Source: Camelus dromedarius (lineage: Eukaryota). From it: a stretch of 60,000 nt of DNA. The translations under genes were made by a program, and so were the position numbers. Under the pieces are notes generated by a model. That model was not told the DNA's origin and searched no databases. It worked only from the letters and a program-made list of their open reading frames with translations. Of this stretch, positions 48,510-60,000 are shown piece by piece; position 1 is the first letter of the stretch; every line of letters starts with the position of its first letter. Location of the stretch: positions 42,658,001-42,718,000 of the forward strand of contig NC_087447.1 in assembly GCF_036321535.1 (NCBI RefSeq), in the 5' to 3' direction.

Positions 48510-48634
48510 TTTTTTTTTTGGTGGGGGGTAATTAGGTTTATTTATTTATTATTTTTAAAGGAGGTACTGGGGATTGAACCCAGGACCTCATGCATGCTAA
48601 GCATGCACTCTACCATTTGAGCTATACCTCCCCC
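48510..48634 (-). mobile_element. tRNA-Ala-derived SINE (Vic-1 type), full length
   Basis: Minus strand reads GGGGAGGTATAGCTCAAATGGTAGAGTGCATGCTTAGCATGCATGAGGTCCTGGGTTCAATCCCCAGTACCTCC plus an A-rich tail; TSD TTTAACTCTTT at 48494 and 48635. Confidence 0.9.
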
Positions 48635-51419
48635 TTTAACTCTTTTAAATTTTAGAAGCATACATTTTCTGACACTTTAGAATCTACTCTTTATACCAGC
48701 ACGATGAGAATTCTTGTGCCTTTAAAAGAAAAATGCGTCTGTTTTAGTAATTTGCTAGCAGAAAAGTCAAAGCCTTAAACTGAGTTTACCTGATAAAATA
48801 TACTTAGAATATTCCTTTCCCATAAGATTGTTAAAATAAATCTCTTTCCAAAAACTTAATGCAACTATATCTGAATGTGTAAAACTTATTAAATTATGGG
48901 ACAATTATTAACATTTCCAAAATCCTTCACTGAGAAAAAGAACTGACCCTTGAATTTCTTCTGAAGAGTGTGCTGTACTTAATTCATTTATAATATTTTT
49001 ATTTTTATGTAACACTTCAGACATATTTAGTAAAGTGAGGTATACTATATTTAAAATAAATTACTCAAAATTTTTATTCCTTTTATGGAGCCAATTTGCT
49101 TCTAAATGTTTTTAATACTCATTATATAGTTAGGAATGCAGGAGCATATTATAGCTTTATTGTAACCCCAGAATGCATGTTATTTTAATTAAGTATAAAT
49201 ATATCTTTGAGGAAATGTGGTGGCAAGTGTGCTAATTTAAACATGAGAAACTTGAGATCAAGAAAGGTATAATAACTTGACGTGCATACTGCGGTTAAAT
49301 GTGAGCAAACTTAGGTCCTCTCTGTACACTGTTGTTAAATAAACTAATTATTACTTCCTTAGTCCTGCCAGAGTGAGCTAAAAAGGATTCTAAAATTCTA
49401 GCCATCCTCAGACTATAGGCAACAATGAATAGGGAAGCAGGATCAGAAGCTGTGATGGGACTGAAATGGCATGAGAACAGGTGGCAAGAGAATAAAGTCT
49501 GTGATCAGGCCTGGGCCAGGGATCTGGAGCCACGTGAGTGTTTCAGATTGAGGGCCTATCTGTGATCCAAAATCAGGACTAGGCCATGGGTCAGAATCCA
49601 GTTGGCCTCTGAGTGGGAAGAATCAGGGCAAGAAACAGATCAGAGACAAAAAGAGTTGAAGGGTCTGGCACACAAACACCAACGGCGTGGGTAGACGGGG
49701 AATGATGAGCCCATGTCCAGGGTTAGAGTCTCAAACTTAAGGTCTGCCATTAGAATCTGACCCTGTAATACTTCCGGACAACATAGGTCTCTCACTTCCC
49801 ACCCTCCCTTTCTGTCTGTCATTTACAAGTTTTCAGACTTAGTTGGAATTCATGACCCTGCTTTCGCACGCTGATGCTGAAGGCTTATGTGCTGAGATGA
49901 ATGGCTCCCTGCTTTAAGGGAATCAGAAATTGACATTGTTTGCTGAGGTCCAGAGAGTTCTGCCTTAGAGGCTAGGGGTGGAAGAGCAAAAAGATTCAGC
50001 AAACCTGCAGTCACCACCAGTACCATGAACAAAGAGTTTTCTTGGTCTGTGAATTGGTGACTTTGGTCCCTTCCATGACTTCTTATCTCTGTCTTAAAAC
50101 CATGTAGACTCCTGGACTGCATGGCCCTGTAACCATCTGGTCACCAAGTGAGTGCCTTAACCCAATCCTGTGAATGTATACCACCTTAATTTTCAGAACT
50201 TCCAACTATATACTCCAGAGGAAGTAAAGAATAGGAAATCCAGTCAGGGTAAAACAAGCAGAATGACTGAGGCATCCTTTCTGTTAGTCAGGAAGCTAGC
50301 ATCACTGCCTCTTGTGGATTGAACTCATCCCCACTCTCACTGCATTGCCTGTTGTGGAGTAAGCCCTTAATAAATATTACTTGAATATTGAATTATGGGG
50401 TCTGCAAGAGATGGAAGTAACCGAATGGGAGGAGTGAGGGCATAACTCCTGACATAGGCACAGAGCCTGAAGGCAGCTTTCAGATGTGAGAAAGATGGAA
50501 CAGTATCGCTGTACAGGAATGTCCCAGAAATAAACTAAGGTGCAAAGAAATTATTGACCTATCCAAGGCTATAGAACCATTCAGGGCAGCATTGGAAATT
50601 AACAGTATCTTCATTCCTAGATTTATGCTGTACACACTAAACAAATGGGTTTTAAAGATTCAAAACAATGCTTAGGGCAGCAAAAAAATTTTTTTTAATT
50701 AATGTAAAGTCTGAGTAAGTGAAATTTTGAAGATGATGGAATCTAATTGATAACTTCCTTACTCTTTAACCTGTAGATAATCTCCCTTTTTAAAGTGCTC
50801 ATTACGTACAGTAATGATTAAGCAGAGAAAAAGCCTGTGATGAAAACGTGGTATAAAATTGTGCTCTTTGTTCAGCAAGTTAAAACAAGCTGGTCTGTAA
50901 GCAATTATTATCTTCATCAAAATTCCTAGCTCTAATGTTTTGGCTTCTTTGGCCCAGCACGTATGCCTTCTCAAACAATTGGATGGATTTAAAACACTTC
51001 GGAGATGTTTGTGCTTGTATCTTAATGTAGCATCAATTCAACAGGAAAAAGAAAAAAATGTAAGATTTGGCATTAGGGCATATTTTTAAAAACAAAATCA
51101 AAACAAAACTAAAGTAAACAAAAAGCCCACAACAACTATTAAATCCCTGCATACACATGAACATTCTTTATTCCAATCCTTAGTACCAGCATACAAATGT
51201 TAATGTGACTAACCTTTTAATAACTCACTGTCTTAACAGAAACTCCCTAAACATTTATCATTCCATTTGTCAAGAAAATAGTTATTTATCATACTGTTTA
51301 TTTGAATTCACTAAGCATGTAAATTTGGTCATCTCATAACTAGCTGGCTCCTCTTTGACTCTAACCTGTAGTCTAGAATTTTCCATGGAGTTTTGTTTTT
51401 TTTTTTTTTCCAATTATAG

Positions 51420-51632
51420 GTTCCTAGATGCCCCCTCTAGAGATTCGGGTTCAGAATATCTAGAGATACCCTGGACCAGACCATTGCATTTTGAAAAGCT
51501 CCTTAGATGACTTTTTTTTCCCAGAGGACAAATACTTTATTTATTTATTTTTTACAGAAATATAAAGAAATTTGAAGATGATTACAGTTCTCCTCAGGTG
51601 ATTTCTGATGTGCACCACAGGTTGAGGACTGC
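51420..51632. mobile_element. MER5-type hAT remnant interrupted by a short polyadenylated insert
   Basis: cagaatatctagag...tgcattttgaaaagctcc...[insert]...ctcaggtgatttctgatgtgcac...ggttgaggac. Confidence 0.55.
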
Positions 51633-51793
51633 CTTTATTTCTAGTTTACTCAGCACGTTGCATCCAGAATTACTTTCCTCAGATGCACATCATGCCACTC
51701 TTCTCCTCAAAAATATTGTCTCTTTATGTATGCCCTTCAGAATAAGATTCAAATTTCTTACTATTGCTTTTATGGCCTTCCTGGGTCTGACCC

Positions 51794-52160
51794 TGTATCA
51801 GTCAGAGTAGGCTTAGCTTATGCAATAGTAACAACCCCTAAAATTTTAGTGCCTTCAGACAGCAAAAGCTTATTTCTTACTCATATGACATGTCCAGTAT
51901 GGGTCAATAGGGAGGCACTAGTTTATTCAGGGACCTGGTCTGCTCTGTTGTGTCACGTGGCTTTGGGTCCACGTGGCAGAGAGGAGAGGCTGACGTCTCT
52001 CACCCATCCTTCAATACTTTGGCCAGGAAGTGACGTGTCGCTTCTGCTCACAGCCTGCTCACAGAACAGTCATATGGCCCTGCCTAAGTACAGGGTGACT
52101 GGAGACGGAAACTTCTGGGGACTGGGAAGGATATTAGTAAGCACTAGTAGTATCTACCAC
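51794..52160. mobile_element. Old MLT1-type LTR
   Basis: tgtatcagtcag...gcttatgcaatagtaacaacccc...ttatttcttactcat...ccaggaagtgac...agtcatatggccctgcctaag. Confidence 0.55.
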
Positions 52161-52179
52161 AGACCCTTAATCTGCCGTA

Positions 52180-52762
52180 AAAAAAAAACTGAGGTGGAAT
52201 TCGTACAACATAAAAATTAACCGTTTTAAAATGTGCGATTAAGTGGTATTAATTACATTCACAATGTTGTGCAACCATTGCTTCTGTCTACTTCCAAAAC
52301 ATTTTCATCACCCCCAAAGGAAACCTTATACCCACTTCTCCCTTGCCTGGTCCCCAGCCACCACTAGACTTCTTTCTGTCTCTATGGATTTACCTGTTTT
52401 GGATAGTTTACATAAATGGAATCATACAGTATGGTGATCTTTGTGTCTGGCTTCTTTCACTTACACAGTGTTTTGAATGTTAACCACATTGTAGCATGCA
52501 TCAGTACCTCATTCCTCTTTCTGGCCAAATAATATTCTATTGTATGAATACACTACGTTTTGTTTATCCATTCATCTGTCAATGGACAGTTGGGTTGTTT
52601 CCACATTTTGATTACTGTGAATAGTGCTGCTGTGACCACTCACGCACAGGTATTAATTTGAACATCCGTTTTCCATCTTTGGGGTATTTACCGAGGAATG
52701 GAATGGCTGGGTCATTGATAATTCTGTGTTTGACTTTTTGAAGAGTGGCCAAAATGTTTTCT
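52180..52762 (-). mobile_element. L1MB-type 3' fragment
   Basis: Antisense L1 3' text (acattcacaatgttgtgcaacc...ttccaaaacattttcatcacccc...aaatggaatcatacagtat). Confidence 0.8.
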
Positions 52763-53269
52763 ATCCAATCTACCTTTTTAGCCTGTGTTACTCTAAGTCA
52801 GATGGGAGTAGTTGTCTGTAAGGCTACTATCTCACTTCCACAGCTCAGGCAGTTCCTTTGGTTTTGAATTATCTCCCCTTTCCTATTTTTGAAATAGAAG
52901 TTCTATCAATCATTCAAGGTTCAGTTCCAACCCTCTTTCCCTCAATTCTCAGTAAGAATCTCTACTGGTTCTGCAGATTCCTTTATTTCCTCCTCTTTAT
53001 CTCTTTTATGCCATTTATTTTATTCTGACAAGTTGTTTATATATACCTTCCTCACTAGATTTTAAGTTTTCTTATACTGCTTATTTGTCTTTAATTCCCC
53101 ATGATCAAAATCAGTTTTTTGCAGATATTTAATAAATGCTTGTTGAATGGATAAAGAAATGAATAAATAGTTACAGATACATAATTATTTTTTCTAATTT
53201 ACTATATGTTCTTTTTGGCAAGTAATATGGAAAATGACTAGATGATATTACATTCTTACAATTCTTAAA

Positions 53270-53413
53270 ATTTTTTTTTATTATTATTTTTTATTTGGGC
53301 GAGGGAAGATATTAGGTTTATTTATTTATTTTAATGGAGGTACTGGGAATTGAACGCAGGACCTCCTGCCTGCTAAACAGGTGCTCTACCCCTGAGCTAT
53401 ACTCCCCTCCCCT
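53270..53413 (-). mobile_element. tRNA-Ala-derived SINE (Vic-1 type)
   Basis: Same head and tail as the 48510 copy; TSD ATTCTTACA(A/G)TTCTTA at 53252 and 53414. Confidence 0.88.
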
Positions 53414-53944
53414 ATTCTTACAGTTCTTATTTCAAAGATGCTTATTGGCCAAAATTCAGTGAACTTAATGACAAAGGTAAATCATTCTTTAATCTAGAGA
53501 TATTTGCTTAGACCTAAGGCTGATACCATTGGAAGAAAGACTGATAACTAGTATTTCAAATCAGTAAATTTTTAGACTTTAATATCTCCCACTCAAAAAT
53601 TATCTTCAAGTCCCTGAGAGAAGGAAAAAGGACCATTGAGCAAGACAGACGAGTGAGGAGACCTTCCAGGTTTAGTGAGTCTTTCTGAGCCTGTTCTTGT
53701 CTCTTATGCATTTAAAGAGCATCAGTCCCATCTTATTCTCTCTCAGGTGCAGCCTGCCAACATTATCAATCAAGCTATCCTAATACTTTCTTTAAATAAA
53801 CACTAAATAGCCTGGTATTTTGCTTAAAACCCCAAACAATATCACAGAACAAAGAAAGAAATGAACCTAGGTCCAACTGAACCTTTTTGTAAGCTGATTG
53901 TAGAAAAAGAGCCTTGATTTTATGTGCTATATCTTTCACGTACT

Positions 53945-54050
53945 TTGGAAGGCGGTAAATAGATTTATTTATTTAACGAGGTACGGGGTATTGAACTGGG
54001 GACCTCTTACATGCTAAGCAGGCACTGTACCACTGAGCTATACCCTTCCC
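53945..54050 (-). mobile_element. tRNA-Ala-derived SINE (Vic-1 type)
   Basis: gaggtacggggtattgaactggggacctcttacatgctaagcaggcactgtaccactgagctataccc. Confidence 0.82.
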
Positions 54051-56805
54051 TGGAAGAGGAGACTGAAAGGTACTATATGGTATTCAGGCCAGGAAATAGA
54101 TTCTACTATGATAAAGGGGATAAGTGAAGTAGTTCAGTTCCATTATCCCTTGAATACTTTAACAAACTAATAACTTATTTATAGTTTTATGTTAGAATCC
54201 CAATTAAAACACTTAAGAAAGTAATAATCACTGAAGTCCAAATGAATGGGATTTACTATCTTGACAAAATTAATTTATATCTTAAAGGATAGGTTCTTAA
54301 GATCTTTATTAATAACCCTGTAACTTAAGTTGATTATATCTACTAGGAGTACTAAGTTAATTTCCCCCGTTAAATTCTGTGTAGATATAAATAAAATCTT
54401 TACTTTATCTCAACAGAAAATTTTCAGCTTGTGAGGGAAAAAATATCTACTGTCTTTGTGTATGTATATGTCAGAAATTTCCTGCAGATTTTCATTGTCA
54501 GTCAGTCAACAGAAAGAACTATTCTTTGGAGGGGTTGTTTTGAGAAAAACAAAAATCATGAAGTTATTTACAAACACATGGTATTTTCACTTCATATAAT
54601 ATCTTGCTTGATGCTTTTTGGGAAGCCTATATGAATGTGTGGTAGTAGAGGGGTTTCTTCTAAGGGAAAACCCCTATGTAGAATTGACAAAGTAGAATCT
54701 TAGAATTAATTTAACCTGGTGTTCCTTAACCTTGGAGATTCTAATTCAGCAGATATGGGACTGGGGCCAGAATCTGTATTTCTCACAAGCTTCTTATATG
54801 ATTCTGGAGGGTTAGGAGATTTAGGAATTAGTGATCTAGTACATACTGATTGCAGAAACTGGTCAAGAGGATTCATACTACTGACTTAGTTACCTCTGTG
54901 TGAATGTAAGCCCCATTTGCCTTTTGAGGGGCTTGGAAAAGAGGAAAGTAGGAAATCAAAGGAAGTGACAAGGTCATCCCTTTGCACTCCTGATAGCTAT
55001 TTCTGAGGTATGCTGGGCCCCTGGAGATGACAGTTCAGAGGTTGTTTTATGTCAAAACTGGCCTAAAGTCTTAAAGCTTATGGAAAAACTTCAAGTGTGA
55101 ATATGGGGTGCTTTAGAAATGAGGTTCTACTCAAATTTAGGGAGAAGAGAAAGCAGGATTGGATTAAATAGTACTTGTTGAGGTTGTGGATTAGCAATTA
55201 ATAATTGTTTTCTTTAAAATATGTTTTAGCATGATTTCTGTCTTTAGCATTTAAGTTAAGCTGTTTCAACAAAACATACTATTTTAGCTAAAAATAAAAA
55301 ATTTTAAAAAGGAAATGATATGTAAAAAAGCATGGCCTAGAAAACTTAGTCATCTGGGCCAACCATATTTCCCAGTTGCCTGCCTTAGAAAAACTGGATT
55401 ATTTGGGTCATGTAGCATAAATAAGCCCCCATTACCCCTTTAATGACCACATAGTATTATAGGCAGAGTACCTAGGAGGAAATAACTGCTTCATGAGTAC
55501 TAGACCTGCAGACCTGAAAGACTTCCTTGAAAATCTTAACCCCTTTGTTCCTCAAAGGAAAAAAAAAAAATGCCAAAGCAAAATCTGTGAACCAGAAAAC
55601 CCAAACTACTCACCATTCTCAAGTGCAGTATTTAAAATAGCAAAAGGAAGTAAAGCCCATCTCTGTGATTTCAAGTGCTATTTTGGTATTTAGCAAAATA
55701 GTTGAATTATAAGTCCCTCAAAGTTAAAATATTAAACAGACCCCTAGCTATAAGATGTGTTGCCAGGCATCTGTATGGAATATACCATGTAATCAGAGTG
55801 TATTGTACTTCTCCACACAAAGAGAACCAAAGCTACTGCTTCTAAAGATTAGGAAACTTTCATTAGACTGACAGAAGACAGTACAGAGGAAATGGCTTGG
55901 GGGCGGAGCAGATGTATGAGAGAGGATGAAAGGAGCAGCATTCATACTATCCAAATTAGAGCCAGGATGTTTATGCTCCAGTCTTGTCTTGGCTCTGTGT
56001 TGAGGGGACTGAATAATGGGGACATGGGAAAGTGTATCTCTGAATCCCTAAATTAGGCACGAAATATACCACTTTCCTCCTATACGCGCTTCTTTATTTG
56101 CAGCAGTCTCTGCACATTTCTGAATATATATTGTGATTAAAGTCCAAAGCCAGCTAATGCTGATTACCCCTTCCTCCTTTTTTGTTGCTAGTATCCTTCC
56201 TAAAGCTGTTATTTCATTCTGTTGTTTACAAGTCACATACCTCTGCAGGATTGTAACCTTGTGGGGAGTGTTTTTATTTATCTTTCATTTATTTAAACAG
56301 CATGTATTTTTCGTGCACCTATTTCATGCTGGGCACTGTGCTAGACACATAGGATGTAGTTTTTAGCAAGAGAGACCTAATCCTCCTCATAGAGCTTGTC
56401 TCTCCCTTAGCACTTTATACATAGTTGGCTTTGTCTGTCAGGTGCTGTGGACATTAAGTTAATGCAAATCACTAACTTAGCACCATTTAAAATAGCATTA
56501 AAAACATTTCAGATGTCAGTGTCTCTGATAAATCTTTGGTTAGCATTAGGTGGAGTTTAGACTCAAGAAATATTTAGAAAAGTTTGAAGGACGTTAGTTT
56601 TCTTTCTGAAAGAGTAGGTCTAATTAAGGTTTTTCTGAGGAATTAAAAAAAGTTCCACGCATAATTTGCAAAGCATTGGCAAATAAGAACAACCGTTTGT
56701 ATCTCATTATTGCCCTCTTACTTTGCTTTAGCACATGTAAGAGGGAGCAGCAACTGCTGCCAGAGATGAAAAGTTACTGTCCTGGGTCTGAAAGGAGAAA
56801 ATCTT

Positions 56806-56966
56806 TTTTAAAAAAATTAATGTATTTATTATTGTATTTATTATTTTTTTTCAGGGGGAGGTAATTAGGTTTTATTATTTATTTTTAGAGTGGGTACTGG
56901 AGATTGAACCCAGGACCTCATGCTTGCTAAGCGTGCACTCTACCATTTGATCTATACCCTCCCCAC
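56806..56966 (-). mobile_element. tRNA-Ala-derived SINE (Vic-1 type)
   Basis: Same family; TSD GGAGAAAATCTT at 56794-56805 and 56971-56982. Confidence 0.88.
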
Positions 56967-58439
56967 CAGTGGAGAAAATCTTGATGCTTTCTGTTGAGTT
57001 GACTTTCTTTACAGGTATCACTCATAAGAAAAACAAAACTTTAATAGAAGTTTTAATAGTTTTGGAAGCGGGAAACTTAAGAACCTCCATACAGAGCTTG
57101 GGAGCTGCAGGTGGCATTTGCCTGGAGCATTGTTAAATTTTGTAGCTTGTGTTCTCTGAGGATTCTTCTGCATGACTTCTCTACCATAATTTGAGGTTGG
57201 AGAAGGTGGGAGAAGGCTCAGTCCACCCAAATGGCCTAAGTCTCCTGAAGGGTTCAAGCATGTCAGTGAACTAGAATAGAAACTCACTTAGCTTTAGAGT
57301 TTGGGGTAAAACTTGTTTTGATTTGCCTAGTTTCAAGTTGTTTCCTGTGTTTTCCAGAGAAAAATGGAAATCTTGGGTTTTCCTAATGTAGAATAAATTC
57401 ACTGTACCAAAGATTGACATTTTTCACACACATACAACTATGTCACAATGTATGGAAGGCCTTTTGCTAGAAAGGCCAAACATACCCTTTAGCACCAATA
57501 TTACTGAGATAATGAGTTAATACTTGTAACTCATGTTAGTATCATTTTTTTGGCAAAGGAACAATAGAATATCAGTTTGGTTCTTGCCACTATTTCTGTT
57601 CGATCATGAACAAGTTGAATTATTTCCAAGATGTGTCTTAAACTCTCCATTATTTTTGGTGCTTGCCCTGCAGCTGAGTAATACTTCTTTAGGTTATGTG
57701 AGGATTGACTTGACTTGGGCTTTGAAACAAGTCCTGGCCTTAGAGTCTGTTTATGGTCATTCATACATGTTTGTTCCTTCAAAATGTAGCTAGGTTTGTA
57801 AAAGTCAATTTTGTGCATTTCAACATCAAGTTCTATTTATAGTGATTTATGAGATGAGAAATTGGGTTACATGGCTTCCTAACATCCCACCAAGTATGTA
57901 TGGGTTTGGATTTTAAATGATTTGCATTATTCTTTTTCAAGTGGGTTGTCATACTAGGTTAACAATTTCTTTCAGAATTCCTTTAATAAATCACAGATTC
58001 TCAATGCTAGTATTCCATTGCTTATTTTTTAATAACACCCTTTTCTAGTTTTTGGCTTTGCAAGCTAATGGAGTATTTGAAACAAATTCTCAGAACGTCC
58101 TTAGAACTTTCGGTTCATACAAGGCGCCTAGAAAGCCCTGGTGCTTTGAGAGTTCTGCTGCTGCTGCTGCAATACCAAATGTGGCTCCTTTCAGTGTGCC
58201 TTCTTGGGTTTTGCAGGGTTCCCCCACCCTAGGGCTAGGAGAACCAAAAGAGCTCATGGGTTAGTTTGAAGGCAGGCAGGCTGTACAGGCAGCTTTTCCC
58301 AGATTCTCCCAGCTCCGTCTTTTCATGCATACCAGTAGGGCCGCTTTTTTCCTCCAGTGATTGAAACCATCTGGACTGCAGGGGGGTCACGTGTGTAAGA
58401 GAAAATGACATAAAGTTTCAGACCCCCTTGTGCTTTGCT

Positions 58440-59370
58440 CCAGACCCAGACAATCCTCGATCGGATGGTGCCGAGGTGAGGGCCTGTCCAGTTTGAGGAC
58501 CAGCTCCTCATCCTGCCCCCTACCCCCATCTTCCCATCCCCCCCCCCCCCCCCCCCCCCGCTTTGCGCACTCTTAGCGCGGGTTTTCTGGTTCCCTCCAG
58601 AGCCTCGGAGCACAGCCCTCCTCCGGGCTCCAGCAGCCCACCCTCTCTGTCTCGGGTGGAGGCACACCTCTTCCACGCCCCCTCCTCTCAAATCTGTGCT
58701 CCCTCCCTTCTCTCTCCTTCCAGCCCGGCCGCAGCCCCGGGCGCGGATGCCCGCCCGACGACCGCCCTCTCTACCGGAGCGGCTCCTCCTCCGGTCTGCG
58801 CGGCTCCAGGCAAGCCTCCATCCGTGCGAGCGCCCAGCCTGGCTGGGGAGCGCAGAGGTAAGTGCGTCCGGGCCCCCGCCCCGGCTTTCCCTGCCCGTCT
58901 TCCCGCCGAGAGGTTGCTTGCATGCCCGGTGCCTTGCTCCTGGCCGGGTGGCGGGCTGGAGGGGCGCCGGTTCCGGCTCTGCCCCTGCCGCGCCCTGCCC
59001 CGCCGCTGCAGTCCTACCCCTTTTCCCGCTATTCACCATTCCTAGCCCCCGGCCGTGTTCCAGCTCTGTGAGTATTTGCGTCCAGGCGGCCAGACTCTCG
59101 GGGGCCTCTGACGGAGCAGAGGAGCTGGGCTGGTGGGGGCTGCCCTCCGGGCGGTCGTGGCGAGCTCTACTTTCCGGCTCCGCTGGGGCTGCGCGGTTGG
59201 GGGTGGGGAACATGGAGACTAGGGTCTGGGGAAGTGCAGAGCCTTGGAGTTAGGAGAGGAGCCCGGAGCCCAGGCGGTCCTGGGAGTGAGCTCCGTGCCA
59301 GCCCCTGGATGCGCCCAGGCTCCTCCGCAGCACTTACCTGTCGCTGTGGTGGTTTGTGTGCGGGCTCCTT
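58440..59370. promoter_or_regulatory. CpG island, probable alternative promoter of DENND2B (ST5)
   Basis: GC- and CpG-rich island containing a strong + strand donor. The gene assignment is by recalled synteny only: ST5/DENND2B lies head-to-head with AKIP1. Confidence 0.6.
58724..58857 (+). other. DENND2B: Candidate 5' non-coding exon of DENND2B/ST5
   Basis: Long polypyrimidine acceptor ctccctcccttctctctccttccag| at 58723 and consensus donor GAG|gtaagt at 58857/58858; no DENND2B coding sequence recognised. Confidence 0.5.
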
Positions 59371-59375
59371 CAAGA

Positions 59376-59401
59376 ACACACACACACACACACACACACA
59401 C
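59376..59401. repeat. (CA)n microsatellite
   Basis: acacacacacacacacacacacacac. Confidence 0.9.
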
Positions 59402-60000
59402 CTCAAACAAAGGAAAATTAACTTTGTAGTCTATCACTTAAACAAATTAAACTATGTTTATGATTACCTTTCCTTTTTTGCCCTTCTTCTGAAGTGCGCT
59501 AAGTATTAAAGGTGTATTTTTAAGTGACCCAAGACTAAAAGAACACACTTTAGCCAACGTTTATGCTACCTTATTAAAGAATTTAGTAGATTGTAGAATT
59601 CAAGAGACTGAACATTTTCAAGTGTTTCTAAAGAGGAGATTATTGCATTTTCTTGGGATCTTTACGAGAGCGTGGTTTATAATTACTTGAACAAGAGTAA
59701 AACAACCGCACTAAGTGAGAGAGTTTGTATTAATGCTGCCTTAGTCCAGCTCTTGCTTTTATCCTCATGCAGGTGTTTCTGCTGCTTGGACAGCAGGGTC
59801 TTGGGAACGGTGGAGAGGTCATTAGCCCATCTCCAGGACTGTTTTGAGCTATCTCTTATGTGCACATGCTTCAGCTGGATAGGGCCACAGGATTAAAACC
59901 CAACTGACTGTATTACTGTTTTCTTTTTGCTCCAAGTAATATTTTCAGAAGGTGAATCCCTTCACTGATGAGATTTTTTAGAAATAGAGGTTTCTAAAGA

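Noticed and set aside
48560..48634. tRNA-Ala-like sequence
   Set aside because: It has an A-rich tail, a TSD and several diverged paralogues nearby, so it is a SINE rather than a tRNA gene.
58323..59253. 296-aa, 185-aa and 160-aa ORFs in the distal CpG island
   Set aside because: Pro/Ala/Gly/Arg-rich translations expected from GC-rich DNA, with no recognisable protein family.

Overview
Mammalian genomic DNA, probably from a camelid, judged by five tRNA-Ala-derived Vic-1-type SINEs. It is syntenic to human 11p15.4. Gene models were reconstructed from the sequence by checking splice sites and reading-frame phase: TMEM9B (+, 5 coding exons, 198 aa), ASCL3 (+, one coding exon, 181 aa, with a probable TATA-driven non-coding first exon), a C11orf16 orthologue (+, 5 coding exons, 468 aa, one GC-AG intron, a 3'UTR intron) and AKIP1 (-, 5 coding exons, 206 aa), which ends tail-to-tail with C11orf16. 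A CpG-island promoter at about 39 kb and a second one at about 58.3-59.3 kb probably belong to the 5' non-coding region of DENND2B/ST5; this rests on synteny recalled from memory, since no DENND2B coding sequence is visible. The rest is intronic or intergenic DNA with L1, L2, MIR, MLT1, ERV LTR, MER20, MER47, MER58 and MER5 repeats. I see no evidence of a wholly new biological system. The most unusual items are small structural ones: an LTR retaining a PBS stub and a duplicated terminus, a templated 25-bp insertion with a fold-back hairpin, a short orphan polyadenylated retro-insert, and the RFX-type promoter and Tudor-like/Cys-rich architecture of the uncharacterised C11orf16 protein. Gene and repeat names come from recognition, not from database searches.
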